A DNA stretch of 15,893 nt, filler included, from Candidatus Woesearchaeota archaeon (GCA_003650545.1; 6 parts of 6 records of this genome joined end to end with filler, not necessarily neighbours in it), one strand, 5' to 3'. Numbered from the whole stretch's first letter, positions 1-7,365 are shown. The notes: generated from the letters alone by a model not told the origin. Made by a program: numbers and translations.

Positions 1-2
1 CT

Positions 3-299
3 GTAGAGGACATTACAGTCCAGATAGCGCTTCCGCAGGAGAAAAGGGTTCAGCGGGTCGTAGCTCTGTCGCCTGATTTGGAGAAGGAAGTCGAGTTAAA
101 GTTTGAAGTCGCTTCGGACATTTTGAAATTTACCGTTCCCCAACTGAAGACTTATACCGTGGTCGCAGTGAAGTTTGAAGGGTACCGGCGGTCTCAAGAC
201 GCTGGAGAGGAGGCGCAGCCTTGTAAGGAGACCACGCGACTTCAACAGGGCGACAGGCAAGAAAAGACTGTCGGTGATCTGCTGACCGAGGCGGTTTGA
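3..299 (+). CDS. C-terminal fragment (5'-truncated) of a probable glycoside hydrolase-like protein with a C-terminal beta-sandwich
   Basis: The frame is open from the window edge: VEDITVQIALPQEKRVQRVVALSPDLEKEVELKFEVASDILKFTVPQLKTYTVVAVKFEGY... The SPD-x5-L-x-F...FTVPxL-x2-Y pattern resembles C-terminal beta-sandwich domains of GH66-type and related hydrolases (recalled, not searched). Confidence 0.5.
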   Translation, partial: VEDITVQIALPQEKRVQRVVALSPDLEKEVELKFEVASDILKFTVPQLKTYTVVAVKFEGYRRSQDAGEEAQPCKETTRLQQGDRQEKTVGDLLTEAV

Positions 300-347
300 A
301 TAAAATCTATCTTGTGGAGGATAGGAATTTATAAGGCGGTAGAAAAC

Positions 348-733
348 ATGAGAGAAAATGAGGAGAACAGTGAGATGACACATCCGTATCTCAAGGGATA
401 CCAGCAGGAGATAGCAAAGATTCAAGAGGCCTATCCAGCGGTTGTAGAAGTCCCTCAATGGCTGAAGACGGGGAAGATACGCGATGCCTGGATCTATGGC
501 GGCCCCTTTTGCGGAAGATGCTGGAACTTGAGGAGCACATTCCCGGACTCTGGTATGGACCAGAGCTTCCGCCAGAAGAGAGGATCTACGACCTTACCCT
601 GTCTCCAGATTTTGCAGGGAGGATGGAGTTGAAGTATGAATTGCTTCAGAGCGATCAAAACAAGGAAGTAAAATTCATCCTTCCAGTGCTGAAGGTCTAC
701 GCTTTGGTGGTAGTTGAACTTGTAGGCTACTGA
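348..733 (+). pseudogene. Probable frameshifted, internally deleted paralogue of the upstream gene
   Basis: The ORF from ATG 348 (MRENEENSEMTHPYLKGYQQEIAKIQEAYPAVVEVPQWLKTGKIRDAWIYGGPF) appears to continue in the -1 frame near GGCCCCTTTT (~501-510) as LRKMLELEEHIPGLWYGPELPPEERIYDLTLSPDFAGRMELKYELLQSDQNKEVKFILPVLKVYALVVVELVGY*. That end aligns with the upstream ORF (LSPD..EL.[FY]E...KF..P.LK.Y..V.V...GY). Confidence 0.5.
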
Positions 734-777
734 TAGATACTGTCTGAGGACCTGGTTGGGTAAAAGGAATGAAAAAA

Positions 778-798
778 CGTAAATCGTGAAACGTGAAA
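778..798 (+). repeat. Intergenic heptamer tandem repeat (CGTAAAT CGTGAAA CGTGAAA)
   Basis: Three 7-nt units directly upstream of the 811 start; the same unit recurs at 2100-2120. Confidence 0.65.
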
Positions 799-810
799 GG
801 AAGATGACAG

Positions 811-2061
811 ATGACTTCGAGAGAAAGAATCTACAGCACAATAAAACATCGTGCCCCTGATAGAGTGCCAATTGACCTCGGGGCTATGCGATCTACCGGG
901 ATAATGGCTATCGCCTATAATAGGCTGAAAGAACGGCTGGGGCTTGGCAGGCTTGCCACCAGGATGTACGATTTAGTCCAACAGTTGGCCTATCCTGACA
1001 GCCAGGTTCTTGACCGATTCCAAATTGATGCGGTGGATCTGGGCAATCTTCTGAACCAGGACGTATCTCTGTGGAAGAACTGGAGACTTCCCGATGGCAG
1101 TGATTGCAAGGTTCCAAACTGGTTCGATCCGAGCTACAACAAGGAGAAAAACAGGCTTGAGCTGCTTGATTCTGAAGGCGATCTTATAGGTGTCATGCCG
1201 AACGGATGCCTCTATTTTGAGCAATCGTGCTACCCCTTGGCCGACGGCAATATTCCAGCAACAACGGAAGAGCTGCGAAAGCAGATGGCCAAGGTAATCT
1301 GGGCATACCTGCCGTGTCCGCCGTGGGATAAAGCTCAGGATGAGAATTACTGGGAATGGCTAAGCAAGGCGGCAGCCCGGGCAAAGGCATCCACGGACAG
1401 GGCTATCATGATGGGATTTGGAGGGAATCTGCTCGAGTGGGGCCAAATGCTCTGCTCGAACGAAAACTTCCTGATGATGCTGGCAGCCGAGCCAAACAAG
1501 GCAGAGCGGCTTCTCGATATGCTGACTGAAATCCATCTGGAGAATCTGGAACAAGTAATCCGGGCGGTGGGCAATTCGGTGGACATCCTTCAGATGGGGG
1601 ATGACCTGGGCATGCAGACGGGGATGCAGATCTCGCCAGAGATGTATCGTCGTTTCTTTAAACCCAGACACAAAAGGATCTATCGCTACGTCAAAGACAA
1701 CTCTGAAATGTTTGTGTTTCTGCATAGTTGCGGAAGCATCGCGCCTGTGATTGGTGATCTCATAGACATAGGGGTGGATATTCTCAACCCGGTCCAGACA
1801 TCGGCTGCGGGTATGGACCCGAAGAGATTGAAGAATGAATTTGGTCGGTACGTCACCTTCTGGGGCGGTGGCTGTGAAACTCAGGGAGTTCTCTGCAACG
1901 GTACCCCACAGGATGTGGAACAACATGTCAAAGAGCGGATAGATATCCTTGCCCCTGGCGGCGGTTTCGTATTCAATCAGGTTCACAATATTATGGCAGA
2001 TGTTCCACCAGAGAATGTTATTGCTATGCTGGATGCTGTTTTGAAATATGGAGAATATTAA
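811..2061 (+). CDS. Uroporphyrinogen decarboxylase (UroD/MtaA-CmuA) superfamily protein, probable methylcobalamin-dependent methyltransferase-like
   Basis: 416 aa; MTSRER...DRVPIDLG N-terminus, GDDLGMQ, SPEMYRRFFKP, HSCG, DILNPVQ, FWGGGCETQ, GGGFVFNQVHNI...VPPENV motifs typical of this family. Confidence 0.9.
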   Translation: MTSRERIYSTIKHRAPDRVPIDLGAMRSTGIMAIAYNRLKERLGLGRLATRMYDLVQQLAYPDSQVLDRFQIDAVDLGNLLNQDVSLWKNWRLPDGSDCKVPNWFDPSYNKEKNRLELLDSEGDLIGVMPNGCLYFEQSCYPLADGNIPATTEELRKQMAKVIWAYLPCPPWDKAQDENYWEWLSKAAARAKASTDRAIMMGFGGNLLEWGQMLCSNENFLMMLAAEPNKAERLLDMLTEIHLENLEQVIRAVGNSVDILQMGDDLGMQTGMQISPEMYRRFFKPRHKRIYRYVKDNSEMFVFLHSCGSIAPVIGDLIDIGVDILNPVQTSAAGMDPKRLKNEFGRYVTFWGGGCETQGVLCNGTPQDVEQHVKERIDILAPGGGFVFNQVHNIMADVPPENVIAMLDAVLKYGEY

Positions 2062-2099
2062 TCCGGCTTTTTCATTTAGGAGAAGCTTTAAAGAGAAGA

Positions 2100-2120
2100 C
2101 GTGAAGCGTGAAACGTGGGG
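2100..2120 (+). repeat. Intergenic heptamer tandem repeat (CGTGAAG CGTGAAA CGTGGGG)
   Basis: Same CGTGAAR unit as at 778-798, lying between the UroD-family gene and the MttB-family gene. Confidence 0.6.
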
Positions 2121-2247
2121 AGTGTCCATTAATCATTGGTTTACACTATTTAGTTACAGAGTCATAGAGAAGGACAGTTGGTGCTGGTAATCTACAATTT
2201 GCGGCCGATTACCACTCACCAATAACCTCCGCAAGGAGCGATGAAAA

Positions 2248-2642
2248 ATGAAAATAACTGAGCCCATCAGGTTTCTCTCCTGGGAAGAGATGGAGAGAAT
2301 CCATACAACTGCCAAACAAATTTTAGAAAAAGTAGGTGTCAAGGTGCTGAGCCATCAGGCACTGGATTACCTGAAAGACTACGGCTGTAAAATAGACAGG
2401 GAAAATATGCTGGTACGCTTTCCTGAGGAAGTAGTTGAAATTAGCGTGGCTCGTATGCGAAAACAGTATTCTGATCCGAATAGGCTTCCCCGCAAGATGG
2501 CAGTCCGCTATTCCCAGATAAAATTTACCAGTGAACGGTTCTCTGTCCATCCGGATTTCTCGCTCAGTACCGGAGGATTCTGCTGTTTCACCACCGGCAT
2601 GGATGGGAGAAAACGGGAGGCAGCACTTGCTGATACTCGAGA
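2248..2642 (+). CDS. Trimethylamine methyltransferase (MttB) superfamily protein, 3'-truncated by contig end
   Basis: N-terminal LSWEEMERIHTTAKQILEKVGVKV..ALDYLKDYGC.ID...VRFPEEVVE is the characteristic MttB-family start. AAGGAG lies at 2233-2238; the ORF runs into the spacer. Confidence 0.8.
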
Positions 2643-2742
2643 NNNNNNNNNNNNNNNNNNNNNNNNNNNNNNNNNNNNNNNNNNNNTTAATTAATTAANN
2701 NNNNNNNNNNNNNNNNNNNNNNNNNNNNNNNNNNNNNNNNNN
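2643..2742. other. Artificial contig-joining spacer
   Basis: N44-TTAATTAATTAA-N44, 100 nt, with stop codons in all six frames; identical in all five gaps. Confidence 0.97.
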
Positions 2743-3384
2743 CTTAAATTTAATCTTTTTAATTAAGGGTATGAGTTCCTTGATATTTTTTGTTAATTTT
2801 TCCTCAATAGGCTTTGGCAGCTCCTGTTTTATGTTTAAGCTTACAGTTGCATTCCCTTCCTTAATATCTGCCTTTATGTCCTTTAAATTTAGTTGCAGCT
2901 TTAGCAATGCCATTAGCTTTTCCTCATCATCTTTTATTATCTTGTTAATCTTGAAGTCATAAACCAGTTCCTTCCCTGCAAGAGGATGATTAAAGTCTAC
3001 TAAAGTGCGGCCTCCACTAACAGTTCTTATCATGCCAATCATGCCATCTATATTCACCTGCAGTCCAGGCATTGGGTTAATCTTCTGCTTTATGAACTTG
3101 CTTGTAGCGACGAGCTGTATTAATTTTGCATTCTTTTTTCCAAAACCCTGCTCAGGGCTTAGCTCGATATGATACTTTTTTCCTGGTTCCTTTCCTTCAA
3201 GCTCTTCATCTAATCCTTTGATTACATGGCCTTGGCCGATGCAGATTATTATTGGGCCGTAAGATGCCTTTGCATCGTGGATATTGTTTTCCTTTGCCTC
3301 TTTCTCACTGGTTGTATCAAAAACAATATCCATGTCTTTTATTTTTCCAGTATATTCAAGCTCTACAAAATCTCCTTTTTTCAT
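2743..3384 (-). CDS. slyD: FKBP-type peptidyl-prolyl cis-trans isomerase (archaeal SlyD/long-type FKBP), 3' end at the contig edge
   Basis: KKGDFVELEYTG...VFDTT...IGQGHVIKGLDEEL...SPEQGFG...VDFNHPLAGKELVY motifs plus the archaeal C-terminal extension. ATG at 3384 follows a GAGGGA SD-like sequence. Confidence 0.93.
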
Positions 3385-3434
3385 CAATTTAATCCCTCAT
3401 TAACAGAAGAAACACTCTGAGAGTATTTATCATA

Positions 3435-3442
3435 TTTATAAA
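3435..3442 (-). promoter_or_regulatory. Archaeal TATA box for the PPIase gene
   Basis: TTTATAAA immediately after the cmk stop codon, about 50 nt upstream of the PPIase ATG. Confidence 0.5.
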
Positions 3443-3443
3443 T

Positions 3444-3971
3444 TTATCGAATTTTTTCAATAATTTTGTCAACAACCTCTTTTATTGTAAGGTTTGTTGT
3501 GTCAATAACATAATCATAATTTTTTTTGTCAAAAATATTTAAATTATAATATTTTCTGTAGCTTACCTTATCAGATTCAAGCCTCATTCTTATTTTTTCA
3601 ATTGCCTCATTCAAATCCTTGTATTTCTCATCATTTCTGCTGTGATTAAGCACTCTCTCAGCACCTATTTTTGGGTCAACATCAAGAAAGATTTTTATTG
3701 ATTTAGGTATAAAATGAAATGAGGTTCTGCCGACCATAACAAAATTATCTTCTGTCTTGCCTTTTTTCTCTGCAAACTTGTCCGGCTCTAAATCTGTTGA
3801 AGGATCTTTTTCCCCTAATTTATTTAACTCTTCTAAACTAATTCCTCTTTTCCTAGCCATTTCTCTTCTCAAATCACCAATGCAGTAATACTTAAACCCA
3901 AGTTTTTTTGCAACAAGAATTCCAACACTGCTTTTTCCAGACCCAACTGTGCCAGAGATTGTGATTATCAT
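3444..3971 (-). CDS. cmk: Cytidylate kinase, archaeal type
   Basis: MIITISGTVGSGKS P-loop, G..RREMARKRGISLEEL, KIFLDVDP..GAERV, YRKYYNL....YDYVIDTTNL; 175 aa. Confidence 0.88.
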   Translation of the reverse strand: MIITISGTVGSGKSSVGILVAKKLGFKYYCIGDLRREMARKRGISLEELNKLGEKDPSTDLEPDKFAEKKGKTEDNFVMVGRTSFHFIPKSIKIFLDVDPKIGAERVLNHSRNDEKYKDLNEAIEKIRMRLESDKVSYRKYYNLNIFDKKNYDYVIDTTNLTIKEVVDKIIEKIR

Positions 3972-3975
3972 TCTT

Positions 3976-5340
3976 TTAAAGCTTATCTTTTAATAGTATT
4001 TCAACAACAGCTGCAAATGCAGGCCTTGTAATAAACACACCGACTGAAATTCCTATAATGGTTGTTATTGCAAATCCCTTTAATAAACCTGCTCCTGCCC
4101 TCATTAATGGAAGCATTGCAACAAATGTTGTGAAATAAGCTGCCATTATAATAAAGAATGCATTCTTAATCCTCTGTTTCCAGTTAAAGAATAACTGCTG
4201 TTCCTTTCTCAGTAATTCATCAGATACAACAATCAGCTGGTCAACTCCAGTACCAACAACTATTATTATTCCTGCTATTGCTGCAATATCAATATTCCAG
4301 CCAATTAATGCAGCAACACCTAAAATAATTATAACTTCTCCTATAAGGTTTATTATCATTGGAAGTGATACCTCTATCCTCTTATATCTTAAGAACACAA
4401 TTAATGATACTCCCAATACTGCAAGAAATCCAATAAAAAATGCATTTTTAACAAATTTTTCTCCAAGAGCTGGTGAGATGGCATCTGTCTTGACAACATC
4501 GAGCTTAACAGGCAATGAACCAGTAATAAGTATTGTCTGAAGGTTCTTCATGTTTTTTAGTGCGTTGAATGATGCCTCCTGCTCTGTTGTTCCAAGTCCT
4601 GGACCAGATATCTGGATGTCTGTTATAGCACGCCCTTTTAGCTCAGAGCCTATGTTTAAGGAATCAACATGCTGATTATCTAGATAGAGATCAAGTGTTT
4701 CATTAAGGTAATCCTGATTGCCTTCTGTTACAATATCTAAATTTTTTGTAAGTTCTGCCTGTTTTTGAGCTGCTTCTGGACTTAATGAAATAGAAAACCT
4801 AAATCTACAAGACCATTGGCCATTGCTTTGGCCATATGAGTTAGGATCAATTCCTGAACAGTCAGCGCTTCTGCAAATATAAGTTATATCATTTCCCCCT
4901 TTAAAAACAACCTCCTTCCCTATTTTTGCCTCAAACTTTCCCTGCTTTGCAACCAATTCCCTAACCTCTTCTTCATTAGCGCCAGCTACCTCAATAAGGA
5001 TATATTGATTGCCTGAAAGGTCAGCAGTTGTTCTTACAACAATATCACTAAGGCCGTAAACGTTAAGTCTTTGCTTGATATTAGAGAGAACTAAATCCAT
5101 ATCCTCTACTGATATTTTTTCCTCTGGCTCAAGAAGAACTCTTGTTCCGCCCTGGAGGTCAAGCCCTTTTCTTATATTTGTTGTTGGTGCATTATAAACC
5201 CTTATTCCAAGGTCTATTGAATCATTGTAAACCTTGGTTATTGTTTTTGGAACAGTTATAATTTCTGTCTTGTTTATTGTTTTATTGACCTTTGTTCCAT
5301 TAATTACTATTGTTGCATTAACCTCTTTGGTAACTGTTTT
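3976..5340 (-). CDS. secD: Protein translocase subunit SecD (archaeal), 5'-truncated
   Basis: The frame stays open upstream of the ORF-track start (5100) to the spacer: KTVTKEVNATIVINGTKVNKTINKTEII...RKGLDLQGGTRVLL. It contains the SecD GLDLxGG motif, RLNxxGL, GSLPV, ISPALG, AGIIIVVGTGVD and KGFAITTIIG TM motifs. Confidence 0.93.
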   Translation of the reverse strand, partial: KTVTKEVNATIVINGTKVNKTINKTEIITVPKTITKVYNDSIDLGIRVYNAPTTNIRKGLDLQGGTRVLLEPEEKISVEDMDLVLSNIKQRLNVYGLSDIVVRTTADLSGNQYILIEVAGANEEEVRELVAKQGKFEAKIGKEVVFKGGNDITYICRSADCSGIDPNSYGQSNGQWSCRFRFSISLSPEAAQKQAELTKNLDIVTEGNQDYLNETLDLYLDNQHVDSLNIGSELKGRAITDIQISGPGLGTTEQEASFNALKNMKNLQTILITGSLPVKLDVVKTDAISPALGEKFVKNAFFIGFLAVLGVSLIVFLRYKRIEVSLPMIINLIGEVIIILGVAALIGWNIDIAAIAGIIIVVGTGVDQLIVVSDELLRKEQQLFFNWKQRIKNAFFIIMAAYFTTFVAMLPLMRAGAGLLKGFAITTIIGISVGVFITRPAFAAVVEILLKDKL

Positions 5341-5341
5341 A

Positions 5342-5441
5342 NNNNNNNNNNNNNNNNNNNNNNNNNNNNNNNNNNNNNNNNNNNNTTAATTAATTAANNN
5401 NNNNNNNNNNNNNNNNNNNNNNNNNNNNNNNNNNNNNNNNN
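5342..5441. other. Artificial contig-joining spacer
   Basis: N44-TTAATTAATTAA-N44. Confidence 0.97.
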
Positions 5442-5442
5442 C

Positions 5443-5580
5443 AAAAAAAGCCCTTTCTTGAGGAACATCAAGATAAATTACCTGACATATGGTGGCTTGA
5501 CTGAGAAACAGATAGAAGCATTCAAGAAAACAGTGAAAAAGACAAGAAAGAAGTTAAAAGAAGAGGCAGCAAAGCAATAA
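5443..5580 (+). CDS. Hypothetical protein, C-terminal fragment (5'-truncated)
   Basis: Open frame from the contig edge, KKSPFLRNIKINYLTYGGLTEKQIEAFKKTVKKTRKKLKEEAAKQ*, ending just before a TATA box; missed by the ORF track. Confidence 0.6.
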   Translation, partial: KKSPFLRNIKINYLTYGGLTEKQIEAFKKTVKKTRKKLKEEAAKQ

Positions 5581-5583
5581 ATG

Positions 5584-5599
5584 CGCAAGCCTTATAAAT
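5584..5599 (+). promoter_or_regulatory. Archaeal BRE/TATA promoter of the DEAD-box helicase
   Basis: CGCAAGC-CTTATAAAT; implies a transcription start near 5622-5624 and an ~90-nt 5' UTR. Confidence 0.6.
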
Positions 5600-5623
5600 A
5601 AGTACATATGACAAAATAATAAC

Positions 5624-5706
5624 GCAAAAAACTCGCTTATTTTATGTTGATAGAGTTTTTTGTCAATATAAAATAAGAAAGGGTAAGAATACTTTTTCTT
5701 AAGGAG
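5624..5706 (+). promoter_or_regulatory. Structured 5' UTR (two AU-rich hairpins) ending at the SD sequence
   Basis: GCAAAAAACTC (5624-5634) pairs with GAGTTTTTTGT (5653-5663). TAAGAAAGGGTA (5674-5685) pairs with TACTTTTTCTTA (5690-5701), abutting AGGAG (5702-5706). Confidence 0.5.
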
Positions 5707-5711
5707 ATAAT

Positions 5712-7022
5712 ATGGAAAATTTCAGAAAATTAGGCATTATTGAGCCTATATTAAAAATAATCAAAGAGCAGGGTTTTAAAGAACCCACAGAGATACAGAA
5801 AAAAGCGATACCTTTAGTGCTTGCAGGAGATGATGTTATAGGGGGTTCTGCAACAGGCTCTGGAAAGACCTTGGTTTTTGGGTCAGGAATAATCAAAAAA
5901 TCAGAAAAAGGGAGAGGAATACAATCTGTAATCTTGACCCCAACAAGAGAGTTAGCGCAGCAGATCAAGAGAGAATTGAGAAAATTCTCAAAACACAAGC
6001 CTCTTGAAATCACGGCTGTTTACGGCGGAGTGTCGATCAATCCGCAGATGGATGCGCTAAGGACAGCAGATGTTGTTGTGGGCACTCCTGGAAGGATGCT
6101 GGATCACCTGGAAAGGCAGACAATTGACCTGAGCCATGTGAACACCTTGGTCCTGGATGAAGCTGACAGGATGCTTGATATGGGTTTTATAGAAGATGTT
6201 GAAAAGATAATCAGCCAGTGCCCGAAAAACAGACAGACCTTGTTATTCTCAGCAACAATACCTCCTGAGATTGCCAAGCTTTCTGAGAATTATATGAAAG
6301 ATCCAATAAAGGTTTCTGCAGAGGTCTATGTTGATCCAAAAAAACTCAAGCAGATATATTATGATGTCAGGCCCAACTTGAAATTCTCTTTATTGGTCAA
6401 CCTGTTGAAAAAAGAGCGTTCAGGTTTGGTCATGGTTTTTTGCAACACGAGGAGAAACACAGACTTTGTTGCAAATCACCTGAAACAGCAGGGCATTGAA
6501 ACACTTGCAATACATGGCGGGCTTACCCAGAAAAAAAGGGATGATGTAATGAAGCATTTTCATTCAAAAAATGTTTATGTCCTCGTGTGCACTGATGTCG
6601 CTGCGAGAGGATTAGACATCAAAGGCGTGTCACATATCTATAACTATGACATTCCAAGAGACAGCAAAGAATATGTCCACAGGATAGGCAGGACAGCGAG
6701 GGCTGGGAAACAAGGCCGTGTGATAAATCTGCTTGCAGATAGGGATTATGATAATTTCACAAGAGTTTTAAGGGATAATGACGTGGAGATAACAAAAGAG
6801 CAGACACCTTACATTGAAAAAGTAAAACTAAAAGAGCTGCCTAAAAAAAGACCATTCTTAAAAAGGAGCCAGAGAGTCAGGAGAGGATGGTCTGATATTC
6901 CTAAACATCTAGGCGCAGGACATCATCAGGTCAGGTCTGGGTGGTCTGAAAAACGCAAAAAGCAGAGACCAAGACATGGCCAAACCAGATACAAAAGCAA
7001 ACAAAAACATAGTTCTTACTAA
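5712..7022 (+). CDS. DEAD-box ATP-dependent RNA helicase (DeaD/CshA/RhlE-like) with basic C-terminal tail
   Basis: Q motif (F...PTEIQ), ATGSGKT, PTRELA, GG, TPGR, DEAD, SAT, VFCNT, TDVAARGLD, YVHRIGRTARAG; Arg/Lys-rich tail. Confidence 0.96.
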   Translation: MENFRKLGIIEPILKIIKEQGFKEPTEIQKKAIPLVLAGDDVIGGSATGSGKTLVFGSGIIKKSEKGRGIQSVILTPTRELAQQIKRELRKFSKHKPLEITAVYGGVSINPQMDALRTADVVVGTPGRMLDHLERQTIDLSHVNTLVLDEADRMLDMGFIEDVEKIISQCPKNRQTLLFSATIPPEIAKLSENYMKDPIKVSAEVYVDPKKLKQIYYDVRPNLKFSLLVNLLKKERSGLVMVFCNTRRNTDFVANHLKQQGIETLAIHGGLTQKKRDDVMKHFHSKNVYVLVCTDVAARGLDIKGVSHIYNYDIPRDSKEYVHRIGRTARAGKQGRVINLLADRDYDNFTRVLRDNDVEITKEQTPYIEKVKLKELPKKRPFLKRSQRVRRGWSDIPKHLGAGHHQVRSGWSEKRKKQRPRHGQTRYKSKQKHSSY

Positions 7023-7037
7023 TAATTAACAAAACAA

Positions 7038-7053
7038 TAGAAAGCTTTATAAA
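7038..7053 (+). promoter_or_regulatory. Archaeal BRE/TATA promoter of the tRNA-rpo5-rpo2 unit
   Basis: TAGAAAGC-TTTATAAA (TATA at 7046-7053); predicted start near 7076-7079. Confidence 0.65.
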
Positions 7054-7078
7054 TAGACAAAAATCTCCATATATAAAT

Positions 7079-7140
7079 GGGGCAATATTTCTATAGACAA
7101 TAGAGTGTAGAACACAGACAGTCTTTAGATATAGTGCTCT
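7079..7140 (+). ncRNA. Candidate structured leader or small RNA (long imperfect hairpin) preceding tRNA-Asp
   Basis: GGGGCA-ATATTTCTATAGAC (7079-7098) pairs with GTCTTTAGATATAG-TGCTCT (7121-7140): 17 of 20 positions pair, including G-U. It begins at the predicted TSS and ends 3 nt before the tRNA. Confidence 0.4.
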
Positions 7141-7143
7141 TGT

Positions 7144-7246
7144 GCCCTGGTAGTGTAGTGGCCTATCACGTAGCCCTGTCGAGGCTACAACCCGGGTTCG
7201 ACCGTTACAGGGTTGATGCCTGTCACTGAATGTCCCGGCCAGGGCG
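7144..7246 (+). tRNA. tRNA-Asp(GTC) with a 30-nt non-canonical intron at position 59/60 (7203-7232)
   Basis: Acceptor GCCCTGG/CCAGGGC; anticodon arm TAGCC-CTGTCGA-GGCTA; T stem CCGGG/CCCGG. The T loop is interrupted by a bulge-helix-bulge (TTCG/TGAA helix, bulges ACC and TGT); the spliced loop is TTCGACT. CCA is not encoded. Confidence 0.95.
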
Positions 7247-7248
7247 TT

Positions 7249-7345
7249 GGGCCGGTAGCTCAGCCTGGTAGAGCACTTGACTTTTAATCAAGTGGTCGCG
7301 AGTTCGAATAAACCGGAAGAGGTTAAGAAAGTCTCGTCCGGCCCA
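7249..7345 (+). tRNA. tRNA-Lys(TTT) with a 23-nt non-canonical intron at position 59/60 (7309-7331)
   Basis: Acceptor GGGCCGG/CCGGCCC; D arm GCTCAGCCTGGTAGAGC; anticodon arm CTTGA-CTTTTAA-TCAAG; T stem GCGAG/CTCGT. The T-loop insertion forms a relaxed BHB; the spliced loop is TTCGAAT. Confidence 0.93.
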
Positions 7346-7365
7346 TTTATGCTGAGGAGAAATCA

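Noticed and set aside
498..515. Programmed -1 ribosomal frameshift at GGCCCCTTTT
   Set aside because: In the upstream frame the codons are CCC-TTT, which do not fit the X XXY YYZ tandem-slippage register. A simple indel in a decaying gene is more parsimonious.
1360..2136. 258-aa minus-strand ORF and the other ORF-track entries antisense or out of frame to recognised genes (e.g. 5699-6013, 7462-7836, 8379-8705, 12900-13232, 15120-15530)
   Set aside because: They overlap well-supported genes and show no motifs; treated as shadow ORFs.
2248..2642. Pyrrolysine-containing MttB
   Set aside because: The gene is truncated well before the position where the amber codon would lie, so it cannot be assessed.
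7203..7331. tRNA insertions as integration scars or pseudo-tRNAs
   Set aside because: Both insertions fall at the same T-loop position, form BHB-type splice motifs and restore canonical T loops when removed; all tRNA stems are intact.
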